Shown here: piece after piece, positions 1-9,480 of the stretch
How positions within the stretch are numbered: the stretch's first letter is position 1
Layout of the letters: each line of letters starts with the position of its first letter
Assembly (NCBI GenBank): GCA_944349925.1
Contig: CALVNT010000037.1
Span: 871-64,870 of the forward strand
From: an uncultured Clostridia bacterium
GTDB taxonomy: Bacteria > Bacillota > Clostridia > Christensenellales > UBA1242
DNA length: 64,000 bases
Reading direction: 5' to 3'
The notes under the pieces: generated by a model
Told to the model about the DNA's origin: nothing
Databases searched by the model: none
The model's input: the letters and a program-made list of their open reading frames with translations, nothing else
Made by a program: the position numbers and the translations under genes

Positions 1-1508
1 CTGACCCAAAAGGCGAGTTATATACAGATAACGCAAACGTTTTGAAAAAAGAAGGATACCGAATAATGGTCCTTGACCTAGAGCAACCTTTTTCTTCTTC
101 AAGGTGGAACCCAATGGAGCACGCTTTTGATTTATATCAAAAAGCAGGAAATTTATCGTCGGAAGTTAAAAAATTTAGCGATATTTCTCCAGAAGAAGTA
201 GGTTACAAAAAATTTTCAAAAGAAGAACTAGATGGAATTCAGTACGAAAATACATGGTTTGGATTTGAAGGAAAAGCGTTTCCCAACAATGAGATTTTGA
301 AAAAAGAGCTTGAAGCAAGAAGATGTCAGCTAGAAGATGAGGCAAAAAGCGAGCTGCGAAACATTGCTATGGCAATCTCCCCTGTTGATGAGGGTGCAAA
401 AGATCCTTCATGGTCAAGAGGCTGTCAAGATTTCGTTCTTGGAATAATGCAGGCAATGATGGAAGATTCTCGCGATCCACGCTTAGGCATGACAAAAGAA
501 AAATTTAATTTTTACAATTTATATAAAATTGCTACCATAAGAGATGCGACAATGTCCGACAGAGATAGTGCATTAAAAACATTAACAGCATATTCTGAAG
601 GTCGTGATCCAATCAACTCAAATGTACATGCTTTAATGAATACAATTTGTGGAACAAGTTCTGTTACTCAAAGATCCTTTCTTGGTCAATTAGGCACAAC
701 TATAGGGGCTCTTGCTGATGACGGAATTCTTTATATGACCAGCGCTACAGATTTAAAATTTGAAGAAATACCAAAAGCACCGACAGCTTTCTTTTTAAGA
801 ATTCCAGATCACAAAGCTGAAAGACATTCTCTTGCTGTACTGTGTTTAAGCCAACTTTATAAAAACCTAGTTGACCTTGCAAATAGGACCTATAATCCTA
901 AAACAAAAAAGACAGGTACATTGCCACGACCGGTATATTTCATTCTTGATGAATTTGGTAACATGCCGAAATTTCAAAATTTTGGTCAAATGGTTACAGT
1001 TAGTAGGTCTAGAAATATTTTTATTGAAATTGTATTACAATCTTACAAACAACTTGATATCAAATATGGTGCGGATGAAGCTGTAAATATAAGAGGCAAT
1101 TTCCAAACAGAAATATTCTTGGGATCAGAAGACCCTTCAACTATCCAAGCTTTTTCTGAAGCCTGTGGCGAAACAACAGTATTCCATGAAGAAGAAAGCT
1201 CTTCTAAGTCTGATAAAGGAGATGCGGGAACGACTTATAACAAAAGCATTCAAAGATCTCGTCGTCCACTTGTAGATAAAAGCGAGCTTCGCACTCTGCC
1301 TCAATTTACTGTTGTAGCTAAAGTATTTGGTAAAGATATTGTAAAAGCAAGCATGACACCGTTCTTTAAAACCAAATGCATGATAAAAGATCCAGCACAA
1401 AGACCAATAGCTCTATCAAAGCGACTTAATGGGGAAGAAATCTTCTATGATGTTGAAAGAAGAAATAAAATTGTTTTAAAGCCTAGAAATCCTTTTGATA
1501 GATTTTAA
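1..1508 (+). CDS. Type IV secretion coupling protein (VirD4/TraG/TraD family), C-terminal part; 5' end cut by window edge
   Basis: Frame stays open upstream of the listed TTG to nt 3 (..DPKGELYTDNANVL). Contains YFILDEFGNMPKF (Walker-B-like DEF) and IVLQSYKQLDIKYG, typical of T4CPs. Confidence 0.8.
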   Translation, partial: DPKGELYTDNANVLKKEGYRIMVLDLEQPFSSSRWNPMEHAFDLYQKAGNLSSEVKKFSDISPEEVGYKKFSKEELDGIQYENTWFGFEGKAFPNNEILKKELEARRCQLEDEAKSELRNIAMAISPVDEGAKDPSWSRGCQDFVLGIMQAMMEDSRDPRLGMTKEKFNFYNLYKIATIRDATMSDRDSALKTLTAYSEGRDPINSNVHALMNTICGTSSVTQRSFLGQLGTTIGALADDGILYMTSATDLKFEEIPKAPTAFFLRIPDHKAERHSLAVLCLSQLYKNLVDLANRTYNPKTKKTGTLPRPVYFILDEFGNMPKFQNFGQMVTVSRSRNIFIEIVLQSYKQLDIKYGADEAVNIRGNFQTEIFLGSEDPSTIQAFSEACGETTVFHEEESSSKSDKGDAGTTYNKSIQRSRRPLVDKSELRTLPQFTVVAKVFGKDIVKASMTPFFKTKCMIKDPAQRPIALSKRLNGEEIFYDVERRNKIVLKPRNPFDRF

Positions 1509-1563
1509 ATAAAAAATATCACATATTAAAACCTTTGCGAATAAATAATCACAGAGGTTTTTT

Positions 1564-2001
1564 ATGTTGTATGAAGATGATAAAATTCTTACAATAGATG
1601 AATACGAAAAACTTGCAAAAGAATATTTAAAAGCATTTAGTGATAATGAATTTAAATTGATTAGAGCTACTGACGATAAAAATCTTGTCCAAAATGCCCT
1701 AACAGATTTTGCGCTAGTATGCAGAAGCCTTTTTTGTCTTGGGGGGTTTTTGAATACATCAAGATTATATTCTTTAACTTGCAAACAAATTAAATCCATG
1801 CAAGAAATTTATCAAACTATACCACCAAAAGTAACTGTGCCTTATAGAGACAAAACAAGATTATTTTTATATTATCTTGGGTGCGAAAACTCGTTAATTT
1901 TAAATTTAATAAATTTAGCAAAGACCAGCCAAAATTGTGATAAAATAGAACATATAATTTATGATAGGCTTGTTCTAAGCAAAAATATTTTTTTAAAATA
2001 A
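1564..2001 (+). CDS. hypothetical protein (possible conjugative-element accessory gene)
   Basis: 145-aa ORF with AGAGG about 7 nt upstream of the ATG; no recognisable motif. Confidence 0.45.
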   Translation: MLYEDDKILTIDEYEKLAKEYLKAFSDNEFKLIRATDDKNLVQNALTDFALVCRSLFCLGGFLNTSRLYSLTCKQIKSMQEIYQTIPPKVTVPYRDKTRLFLYYLGCENSLILNLINLAKTSQNCDKIEHIIYDRLVLSKNIFLK

Positions 2002-2055
2002 ATAAAATAACAAATTTATATGTTTCAGTTTTTATTTATAAATATTTTATTCACT

Positions 2056-2090
2056 AAAAAAATGTAGCTTTATTGCTACATTTTTATTTT
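2056..2090. terminator. bidirectional rho-independent terminator between convergent genes
   Basis: ATGTAGC-6 nt-GCTACAT hairpin flanked by an A-run and a T-run. Confidence 0.6.
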
Positions 2091-2099
2091 TTCAACAAA

Positions 2100-2651
2100 T
2101 TATTTGAGTTTTTCGATAACTATTGGTATTTCACTGTCTAAATCTTTTTTAAACTCAATAAGAAGTTCGTTTTTAAAAGGATTGTATTCATCTTTTGTCT
2201 CCAGCAAATTTTCTGCATTTATTTTGTATTTTTTTACCATCGTTTTTGCAATTTCTTTTCCTAAAAAATACAAAAATGAGTCCTCTTTTAAATCATTAAG
2301 ATAAGCAATACGATCAAAATCTTCATCATCTAAAATTGTATCGTAGGCGTTATTAAATAAAAATTGCATTTTATCAATAGCAAAATTATTCCCCTTAGAA
2401 CAAGCAAGAAGTTCCCAATACAAATATTTTTTATAATCTTCCTTTAAAAAATTTGTTATTCCTGATTTGTAATAATATGCAATAACATCCATTGCAACTG
2501 CATCGTTTTGCATTGCTTTTCTTTTAAGATTTTCAAATGCTTGTTGCACATTGCCTTTTTCTAGTGAATTATTTATGATTTTACGTTCTTCGACAAAACG
2601 ATCAAATGCTTCTTGATATTCAATAACTTTAGGTCTTAATCCGTGCGCCAT
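2100..2651 (-). CDS. hypothetical protein, weak Sel1/TPR-like repeat signature
   Basis: 183-aa ORF with AAGGAG SD and a TGtTATACT extended -10 upstream. AMDVIAYYYKSG..YLYWELLACSKGN resembles a Sel1 repeat. Confidence 0.45.
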   Translation of the reverse strand: MAHGLRPKVIEYQEAFDRFVEERKIINNSLEKGNVQQAFENLKRKAMQNDAVAMDVIAYYYKSGITNFLKEDYKKYLYWELLACSKGNNFAIDKMQFLFNNAYDTILDDEDFDRIAYLNDLKEDSFLYFLGKEIAKTMVKKYKINAENLLETKDEYNPFKNELLIEFKKDLDSEIPIVIEKLK

Positions 2652-2700
2652 TATCTAACTCCTTGTCTTTAGTATAACACAATTATAAAAAATAAAAAAG

Positions 2701-3903
2701 CTATTTTCGCCTAAGGTATGCAAAAATTTCAAAATTGGCAGTTTTTGGAAACATATCAAATAGTTCAATTCTCTCTAAACTATAATTTTCAAGTCTTTTT
2801 AAATCTCTAGCAAAAGTTGCATGATTGCACGAAATATAAACCATCTCTTTTGCCGAAGAGTCTTTAATAGCTTCAATTACTAAGTTATCACAACCTGCTC
2901 TTGGTGGATCTACAACAATTAAATCAATTTTTCTAGATATCTTTGGCAAAACTTTTGCACAGTCCCCTTTTAGATTGATTAAACTATTAAGCTTAGTTTT
3001 ATTTTTAAGCTCCTGCGCATCTAAATGTTCGCTTAAACCTAGCTCTATGCCATAAACTTGTTTTGCTCCAGATTGCAACATTTGTAAACTTAAAAGTCCG
3101 GCTCCACTATAGCAATTAGCAACAACTTTATCTTTAACAATTTCACACAATCTTCTATAAAGAGAAATTGCAATTTTGTTGTTTATTTGTGAAAAAGATG
3201 TCGGTTTTATTTTTAGCTCTTGACTATATTCTAAAGATGACTCACCATAACAATGAAAACTTTTGTTATTTACAGTTTGATAAATACCATGGTTGCATTT
3301 AATATTTTTTGACAATTCTTCAAAATTTGCATTAAATCTTTCTTTTACGAAGAAATTTATTAAAATCTTTTTGTCATCAGTCCTTATTTCTACATAGTTT
3401 ATAATATTTAGATATGGCTTTGAAAAATCATTCACTGCCTTAATGTTTTCGTCTATAAATGGTCTAGCAATTTTACATGTTTCAATGGTTATAATTTTGC
3501 TATCAGTATGATAACCTAAACCTTGGCTTGAGGGATATAACCTTATTTTGTTTCTATAAAAATACTCGTCACTAGCACTACAAATGATGTTTGTTTTTAT
3601 CCCTATTTTAGCAAGCTGTCTAGACAATATTTCTTTTTTAATTTCGATTTCCTTTTTGTAACTGATATGTTGAAAGTCACATCCGCCACATTTGCCAAAA
3701 TAAGGGCATAAAGGATTTACTCTAAACTTGTTTTTTGACAAAACTTCTTTTAATTGTAAAACATAATATCTAGAATTTTCCTTTAAAACTTCAGCTAGTA
3801 TTTTCTCTCCGAGTAAAACATATTTTACAAACCCAACTTTTCCATTTATATGGACAATTCCTTCGCCATTAAACCCAAAATCTTCAACTTTTAGTTCAAA
3901 CAC
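2701..3903 (-). CDS. rumA: 23S rRNA (uracil-5-)-methyltransferase, RumA/RlmD (TrmA) family
   Basis: N-terminal TRAM-like region, Fe-S cysteine cluster CPYFGKCGGCDFQH, SAM-MTase motifs (VVDPPRAG, ISCN). GTG start overlaps the engB stop (GTGTTTGA). Confidence 0.85.
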   Translation of the reverse strand: MFELKVEDFGFNGEGIVHINGKVGFVKYVLLGEKILAEVLKENSRYYVLQLKEVLSKNKFRVNPLCPYFGKCGGCDFQHISYKKEIEIKKEILSRQLAKIGIKTNIICSASDEYFYRNKIRLYPSSQGLGYHTDSKIITIETCKIARPFIDENIKAVNDFSKPYLNIINYVEIRTDDKKILINFFVKERFNANFEELSKNIKCNHGIYQTVNNKSFHCYGESSLEYSQELKIKPTSFSQINNKIAISLYRRLCEIVKDKVVANCYSGAGLLSLQMLQSGAKQVYGIELGLSEHLDAQELKNKTKLNSLINLKGDCAKVLPKISRKIDLIVVDPPRAGCDNLVIEAIKDSSAKEMVYISCNHATFARDLKRLENYSLERIELFDMFPKTANFEIFAYLRRK

Positions 3904-4486
3904 TTTTTGTGACCTCTATTTTGCTTTCTATATAATTTCTTAAATCATCAATCCCATACTGATTTTGACTGCTTACCGCTTTTATTATTTCTGTTCTAAC
4001 ATTTAAATTTTTAGCGATAATTTCAAGATATTGCTTGATTTTGCTTTTTGCAATTTTATCCGATTTTGTTGCTAAAATATTAAAAGGTATATTATTGTAA
4101 ACCAAATATTCTAGCATTTGTTTATCTTCTTTTGACGGCACATGCCTTATATCGACTAAAACAAAAACTATAACTATTGAGTGATTGCTTATAAAGTAAT
4201 TTTCAACAACATCTGCCCAAATATTTTTATTGCTTTGAGCAGTTTTTGCAAATCCGTAACCGGGTAAATCCACAAAATAATATTTCTCATCTATCAAAAA
4301 ATAGTTTACCATTTTTGTAAGACCAGGTGTTCTAGAAGTCTTTGCTAAACCTTTTACATTTGTCAAAGAATTTATTAAAGAACTTTTTCCGACATTGCTT
4401 CTACCAACAAAAGCGAATTGCTTTTTTTCATCATTTATAAGACCTTCTTTGCTTACTGCACTATAAATATACTTTGCGTTTTTCAT
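3896..4486 (-). CDS. engB: ribosome-biogenesis GTPase EngB/YsxC/YihA
   Basis: G1 motif GRSNVGKSSLINSL, DLPGYGF (G3), TKSDK (G4). Confidence 0.9.
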   Translation of the reverse strand: MKNAKYIYSAVSKEGLINDEKKQFAFVGRSNVGKSSLINSLTNVKGLAKTSRTPGLTKMVNYFLIDEKYYFVDLPGYGFAKTAQSNKNIWADVVENYFISNHSIVIVFVLVDIRHVPSKEDKQMLEYLVYNNIPFNILATKSDKIAKSKIKQYLEIIAKNLNVRTEIIKAVSSQNQYGIDDLRNYIESKIEVTKSV

Positions 4487-4502
4487 AATTTCATTTTAGC
4501 AA
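4487..4502 (-). promoter_or_regulatory. extended -10 promoter TGcTAAAAT placed 6 nt before the engB ATG (candidate leaderless transcript)
   Basis: Minus-strand reading is TTGCTAAAAT-GAAATT-ATG. No SD is present. Confidence 0.5.
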
Positions 4503-4521
4503 AATTTTTTTTCTAAATCAA

Positions 4522-4553
4522 GAAAAAAACATTAAAGAAATATCTTTAATGTT
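4522..4553 (-). terminator. rho-independent terminator of the 848-aa membrane protein gene
   Basis: AACATTAAAGA-4 nt-TCTTTAATGTT hairpin followed on the minus strand by a U-run. Confidence 0.65.
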
Positions 4554-4613
4554 TTCGTTTAAATTTATAAATTCGGTTTTAATTAAACAATATAATTTGT
4601 TTTAAGCTTCAAT

Positions 4614-7160
4614 TTATTCGCGAGCTTTAACAAAGCTTTCCATTGTTGAAATAAGTTTGTCAATTTTCTTGCTAGTTTCTTCGGAAGCCGCTGTTTGTTT
4701 TTGTGTCGCTTTAAGTTGTTCTTGTTGTAATTTATCACCAGTAAACTTAGTTTGGGCAGAAGCAATGTTTGCTCCAGGGAATGCTTTGTAAAGTGCTTCT
4801 CCAATTGTCTTGCCCAACTGAATAGATCCTTTGCTGAACGCTTCTTTCATGCCCTTCTTTACATAATCAGCAATCTCGTTTCCAGCCTTACCCAAAGCTC
4901 TAGCCTCTTTCTCAAGCTCTTTACGTTTCTCTTGACGCGCTTTATATCCACCATAAGGTTCATAAACTCGTCTCTTAACCGCATCATTTCCTTGAGCATC
5001 TTTACCTCTTGCAGCCAATGATAATTGTTTAATTTGGCCTGATAATTTGTCAACATTTAGACTCGCTGAAACATCTTTTGCAAAAAGTTTTAGTGGTCCA
5101 GTGACCATTCGCGCTGTATTCCAGAGCATAAGTGCTGCGCCTTTTGCAGTACCAGAACCATCTTCATGAAGATAATTTCTTGAAGCTTTGGTCTGTATTT
5201 TTTCGCTCAATTCTTTCTGCATCTCATTGAGTTTGGAAATACGCTCTTTGTTTTGATCTATTTCGCTGCTATAGAATTGAACTGAGTCATCTCTATCCAC
5301 TTCAGAATCAATATACGATTGTTTTCTTCTTGCCCACTTTTTATCTTTCTTGGCTATTTCTTCCTCAACGGCAGAATATGCAATATTGTTAGCTTCATCG
5401 TCCGACTTTCCTTTTCTCTTTGCATTGTCGAACGCTTCCATTTGTAACATTTGTAAATCTACATCAGCAGCAACTCTAGAATTAATATCCTCCTTATTTC
5501 TTGCTATCCAATCATTTTGAGCTCTTTCTCTTGCATCGTCTTTAGCATTGTCAAGTTTTTGCTGATTATTTTTCATTTCGTTATTTGTTTGCTCTATCTT
5601 ATTTTGATTTTCACTATACTCATTATTTAAATCTTTCAATCTTTTTTTTGCACGGTGCCTAAAATATCCCTTTACAGCGACAGCTCCTCCAAGCCCAAGC
5701 GTTCCAGCTGCTACAGCTCCCGCACCAACTGCAAGTTTTGTTCCCGAGCCTATTGTTTTTGCAACATTACTCTTAGCTCCTTCCCCCGTAGAGAACACAT
5801 CTCCTCCACCGACAAACCCAGACACGAGACTGATAAAATCTTTTGCCATAATTAGCCCTGTAGCCAAAAATACTATATTAACTATTGAATCTAAAAAGTA
5901 ATTATTAAAGAAAGAAATAGATTGTACAAAAGGCAATATTAAAAACAGAAGGTTTATGCCAACAATTGCTCCAAATGCGGAAAGAATTTGTTTAATAAAT
6001 TCATTTGACCAAGATTTAAAAGCTTTAAATTCATCCATAGGTGCTAATCCCAGTAAAGGAGGATAAATTAAAAACATCGCTGCAGATTTAATTAACCTCA
6101 TCATAAGGCCTATTATGATAGATATCATAATGCCAAAGCAAGACAAGGCACCTGCAAAAGCAATTATAAAGTTGAAATTCCACAAATCATAATAAATCCA
6201 AATTAAAGAAGTATTATATTTTGAAAAATGATTTATCGTTGTAACATTTGCTAAATCCAACAATTTGACATACATACCATAATCACAGGCTTGCTCTTTT
6301 AAGTCATAATATTTAACCCCTGTTTTGAATTGCAAATTATTAATAAAAGCATAATCAATTTGATAAGCCAAATACTCAGACTGATCTTCTGCGCTTTCAA
6401 ATCCCGGGCCTTCTCCCAAAACGTTCATACTTAAAACACTTTCTTTTATTTGAGAGACTGAATATTTTCCTGTTCTAACTCTATTACAATTATAAGCAGC
6501 AGATCTAAAAATTTGACCAAAAATTGGTGAATTTGTTGCAGGGGCACCTATTCCAAACATTTCATAAGAGGTGTAAATATTCTCTCCATTCCTTGTCCCG
6601 CTAGGAACAAACTCTGCCATAGCATTAGAACCATAAATTCCTGACAAAGACTCTTCACTTGTTGCGCCCGCAGTAATATTATCTAACGTTCTCAAAAGCA
6701 AACTTGATAATTGAAAACCGATAACAACCACAACAGGCACAATAACAAAAGTTATAGCAGATTTTATTGCATTATAAATGATTTTTGTTGGGTTTGTTTT
6801 TCCAGAATCTTCATTATAGTGCGATTTTATGATTGCAACAATTGAAGTTAAAGCGAGAAGAATTAAAGCAAAAATTGCAAGTGACCAAAAAGTTGTATTT
6901 AGCGCTTGCATTGTCCCAGAACTATTGCCAATACCTAAAATTCCGTTTATAAATTCTGTAAGTGGGTCTTGAAGTTCTACCGAAGAGCCGTTTACATAAT
7001 AAACATCTAATCCACAGAGTCTGCGAACCAACATTTGCATAGCATCAACAGCGCTTGCTATACAAGCAAAAAGCAAATAAATAACTTTTGGAATGACATC
7101 AACTAGCGTTCCTAAAGTGTCCCAAACACTCATTCCATTTAGTAATGAAAATGCGTTCAC
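4614..7160 (-). CDS. large polytopic membrane protein with Gly-rich segment and long K/E-rich C-terminal coiled coil; function unknown
   Basis: 848-aa ORF with GTG start preceded by GGGGGAAG. Multiple hydrophobic segments in the N-terminal ~480 aa, then a charged heptad-like tail. Confidence 0.6.
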   Translation of the reverse strand: MNAFSLLNGMSVWDTLGTLVDVIPKVIYLLFACIASAVDAMQMLVRRLCGLDVYYVNGSSVELQDPLTEFINGILGIGNSSGTMQALNTTFWSLAIFALILLALTSIVAIIKSHYNEDSGKTNPTKIIYNAIKSAITFVIVPVVVVIGFQLSSLLLRTLDNITAGATSEESLSGIYGSNAMAEFVPSGTRNGENIYTSYEMFGIGAPATNSPIFGQIFRSAAYNCNRVRTGKYSVSQIKESVLSMNVLGEGPGFESAEDQSEYLAYQIDYAFINNLQFKTGVKYYDLKEQACDYGMYVKLLDLANVTTINHFSKYNTSLIWIYYDLWNFNFIIAFAGALSCFGIMISIIIGLMMRLIKSAAMFLIYPPLLGLAPMDEFKAFKSWSNEFIKQILSAFGAIVGINLLFLILPFVQSISFFNNYFLDSIVNIVFLATGLIMAKDFISLVSGFVGGGDVFSTGEGAKSNVAKTIGSGTKLAVGAGAVAAGTLGLGGAVAVKGYFRHRAKKRLKDLNNEYSENQNKIEQTNNEMKNNQQKLDNAKDDARERAQNDWIARNKEDINSRVAADVDLQMLQMEAFDNAKRKGKSDDEANNIAYSAVEEEIAKKDKKWARRKQSYIDSEVDRDDSVQFYSSEIDQNKERISKLNEMQKELSEKIQTKASRNYLHEDGSGTAKGAALMLWNTARMVTGPLKLFAKDVSASLNVDKLSGQIKQLSLAARGKDAQGNDAVKRRVYEPYGGYKARQEKRKELEKEARALGKAGNEIADYVKKGMKEAFSKGSIQLGKTIGEALYKAFPGANIASAQTKFTGDKLQQEQLKATQKQTAASEETSKKIDKLISTMESFVKARE

Positions 7161-7249
7161 AAACTTCCCCCTATCAACATCTATTTTTTACATTATACCA
7201 AAAAAAAATACAAATATCAACAATATTTTACAATTAGTATTTATAAATT

Positions 7250-8023
7250 CTAAAATTGCTTAAACATAAGCAAAAATTCTTCTAAAGAAAAGTCTTCTGG
7301 TCTTTTGCCGATATCAAAATCTTTTAACTTGATTGCAATTTCATTTTTTGACAAATTTTTATAACCTTGCAAATTGTTTGCTAAAGTTTTTCTCCTCATA
7401 GAAAAACATTTTTTTATAAAATTAAAAAATTCTTTGCCGTCCACATTCGCAAAATTGTTTTTTTTCTTCATTGTGACAACAGCAGAATCCACTTTTGGCA
7501 TTGGATAAAACATTTGCTTTCCTACAATGCGAGTGATTTTTGGCTGGCAGTAAAAATTGCACATTATAGATAAAATGCCATAATCTTTGCTACCATTTTT
7601 TGCTGTTATGCGCTCGGCAACTTCTTTTTGCACCATTATAGTCAAACTTTCTATTTTGCTACTTTGTTCCAAAAATTTAAATATAAGTGGCGAGGTTATG
7701 TAATAGGGCAAGTTTGCAACTAATTTATATTTATTTTCAAAGTTTTCTTCTATTTTTTCAATTGGCTCTTTTAAAGCGTCTTTAAAAATAAATTTAACAT
7801 TTTTTAAATCTAAAGCCTTTAATTGATTTTCGAGTTCTTTATCGATTTCATATGCAACGACCTTTTTCGCAAATAAAGAAAGTTGTTTTGTTAAAGCCCC
7901 TGCTCCTGCTCCTATTTCTAAAACTTCATCTTCGCTACAAATTTCGCCGTCGGCGACTATAGCTTTTAAAAGATTTGTATCAGATATAAAATTTTGCCCA
8001 AACTTTTTTTTAAAATTATGCAT
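7250..8023 (-). CDS. rsmA: 16S rRNA (adenine1518/1519-N6)-dimethyltransferase RsmA/KsgA
   Basis: FGQNFISD, EIGAGAGALT and NLPYYITSP motifs. Confidence 0.9.
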   Translation of the reverse strand: MHNFKKKFGQNFISDTNLLKAIVADGEICSEDEVLEIGAGAGALTKQLSLFAKKVVAYEIDKELENQLKALDLKNVKFIFKDALKEPIEKIEENFENKYKLVANLPYYITSPLIFKFLEQSSKIESLTIMVQKEVAERITAKNGSKDYGILSIMCNFYCQPKITRIVGKQMFYPMPKVDSAVVTMKKKNNFANVDGKEFFNFIKKCFSMRRKTLANNLQGYKNLSKNEIAIKLKDFDIGKRPEDFSLEEFLLMFKQF

Positions 8024-8798
8024 TTCTTCCTCCTAAACAAAATAATTTTTGAGCATTCAAACTTGTTTGAACTGCAACCTCTTCTACACTTATACCTTTT
8101 AATTTTGCTAAGTTTTCTGCAATTGTTGGTATAAATTCTGGGCTGTTTCTTTTTCCTCTAAACGGATGAGGGGTAAGATAAGGGCAATCTGTTTCTAAAA
8201 GTATTTTGTCTAATGGAATAACTTTTAAAGTTTCCTTTAAATTTTGCGCGTTTTTAAAAGTCGAAACTCCACCAACCGATATATTTAATCCTAGTTTTAT
8301 AAGTTGAAAAGCACTTTCTTTGCTACCTGAAAAGCAATGCATAGTTCCGCCAAATTCTAAAAGATTTTTATTTTGATTTAATATCTCTATCATATCGCCA
8401 ATCGCTTCGCGACAATGTATTATTACCGGCTTTTTTAACTTATACGCAAGCTCTAGTTGCATCAAAAAAGCCTTTTTTTGTATTTCTTTTTTGGGTGCTC
8501 CTTCCGTAAATTGCATACCTATTTCGCCTATGGCAACAACCTTTCCATCTTTTGCCATTTCTTCTAGTTTTGCTAGCCCCAAAGCGTCCGCCTCTTCAGC
8601 ATATTCAGGATAGATTCCAACAGAAGCGAAAACATTTTTGTACTTATTTGCAAACTCAACCGCTTTTAAAGAAGAGCTGAGATTGAAACCTGAAGTTATA
8701 ACAAAATCAACACCGAGCTCGTACGAATGTTTTAAAACTTTTTCTATATCATTATCAAAAAGAATATCGGTAAGATGGGCATGAGTATCAATAAACAT
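8016..8798 (-). CDS. TatD-family metal-dependent hydrolase/DNase
   Basis: MFIDTHAHL N-terminus, HCFSG and ETDCPYL motifs, GGAAGGA SD. 8-nt overlap with rsmA. Confidence 0.85.
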   Translation of the reverse strand: MFIDTHAHLTDILFDNDIEKVLKHSYELGVDFVITSGFNLSSSLKAVEFANKYKNVFASVGIYPEYAEEADALGLAKLEEMAKDGKVVAIGEIGMQFTEGAPKKEIQKKAFLMQLELAYKLKKPVIIHCREAIGDMIEILNQNKNLLEFGGTMHCFSGSKESAFQLIKLGLNISVGGVSTFKNAQNLKETLKVIPLDKILLETDCPYLTPHPFRGKRNSPEFIPTIAENLAKLKGISVEEVAVQTSLNAQKLFCLGGRNA

Positions 8799-8910
8799 AA
8801 TAAATTTTCCTTCCTAAACAAATTTTAATTAAATTTTGAAAAAAGTCAAACCTTTAAAAATAAAGATTTTCTTTAATTATAATTGCTACCTTTTACGAAT
8901 ATATAATTAC

Positions 8911-9480
8911 ATGAACAAAATTTGGCTATGTATGATAATTTTGTCAATATGCTTTTTACTTTGGACTGATCCGGGCTCTGTGTTATCACAAATGCTAGAC
9001 TCTTCCAAAGACGCTTTAACTTTGTCGATTGAACTATGTGCGGTATATGCTGTTTGGCTTGGTATATTAGAATTAGTAGAAAAAAGTGGCTTAAGCGAAA
9101 AGCTGGCAAGAGTGCTTCACCCAATAATAAAAAAAGTTTTTAATATAAACGACCCATTGACAGAACGACTTATTGCAATGAATATATCTGCAAATATGTT
9201 AGGGCTTGGCAATGCCTCTACACCGTTGGCAATAAAAGCAATAAAGCAAATGGATACTGGCTCCCCTGTTGCTTCTACTGCAATGATCATGCTAATCGTA
9301 ATAAATGCGACATCTATTCAACTTTTACCTACGACAGTGATAGGACTTAGACAAGCAGCTGGCTCTACCTCTGCTGCTGACATAATTTTGCCCACTTTAA
9401 TAACGACAATTTTTACAACCATATTAGCAATATTTTTAGTTAAATTATGTGCAAAACTTTTTAAAAGGGGTGAAAAATGA
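8911..9480 (+). CDS. spmA: spore maturation protein A-like (nucleoside-recognition/Gate domain membrane protein)
   Basis: MNKIWLCMIIL.. N-terminus and overall hydrophobic pattern as in SpmA. Start chosen at ATG 8911 rather than the track TTG 8836; start is uncertain. Confidence 0.65.
   Translation: MNKIWLCMIILSICFLLWTDPGSVLSQMLDSSKDALTLSIELCAVYAVWLGILELVEKSGLSEKLARVLHPIIKKVFNINDPLTERLIAMNISANMLGLGNASTPLAIKAIKQMDTGSPVASTAMIMLIVINATSIQLLPTTVIGLRQAAGSTSAADIILPTLITTIFTTILAIFLVKLCAKLFKRGEK

Noticed and set aside
8836-8910. Track TTG start for spmA, and a leaderless reading of ATG 8911
   Set aside because: The N-terminal extension has no counterpart in SpmA-like proteins. For ATG 8911 the best -10 (TATAAT 8902-8907) is only 3 nt away and the -35 is poor, so neither start nor promoter can be fixed.
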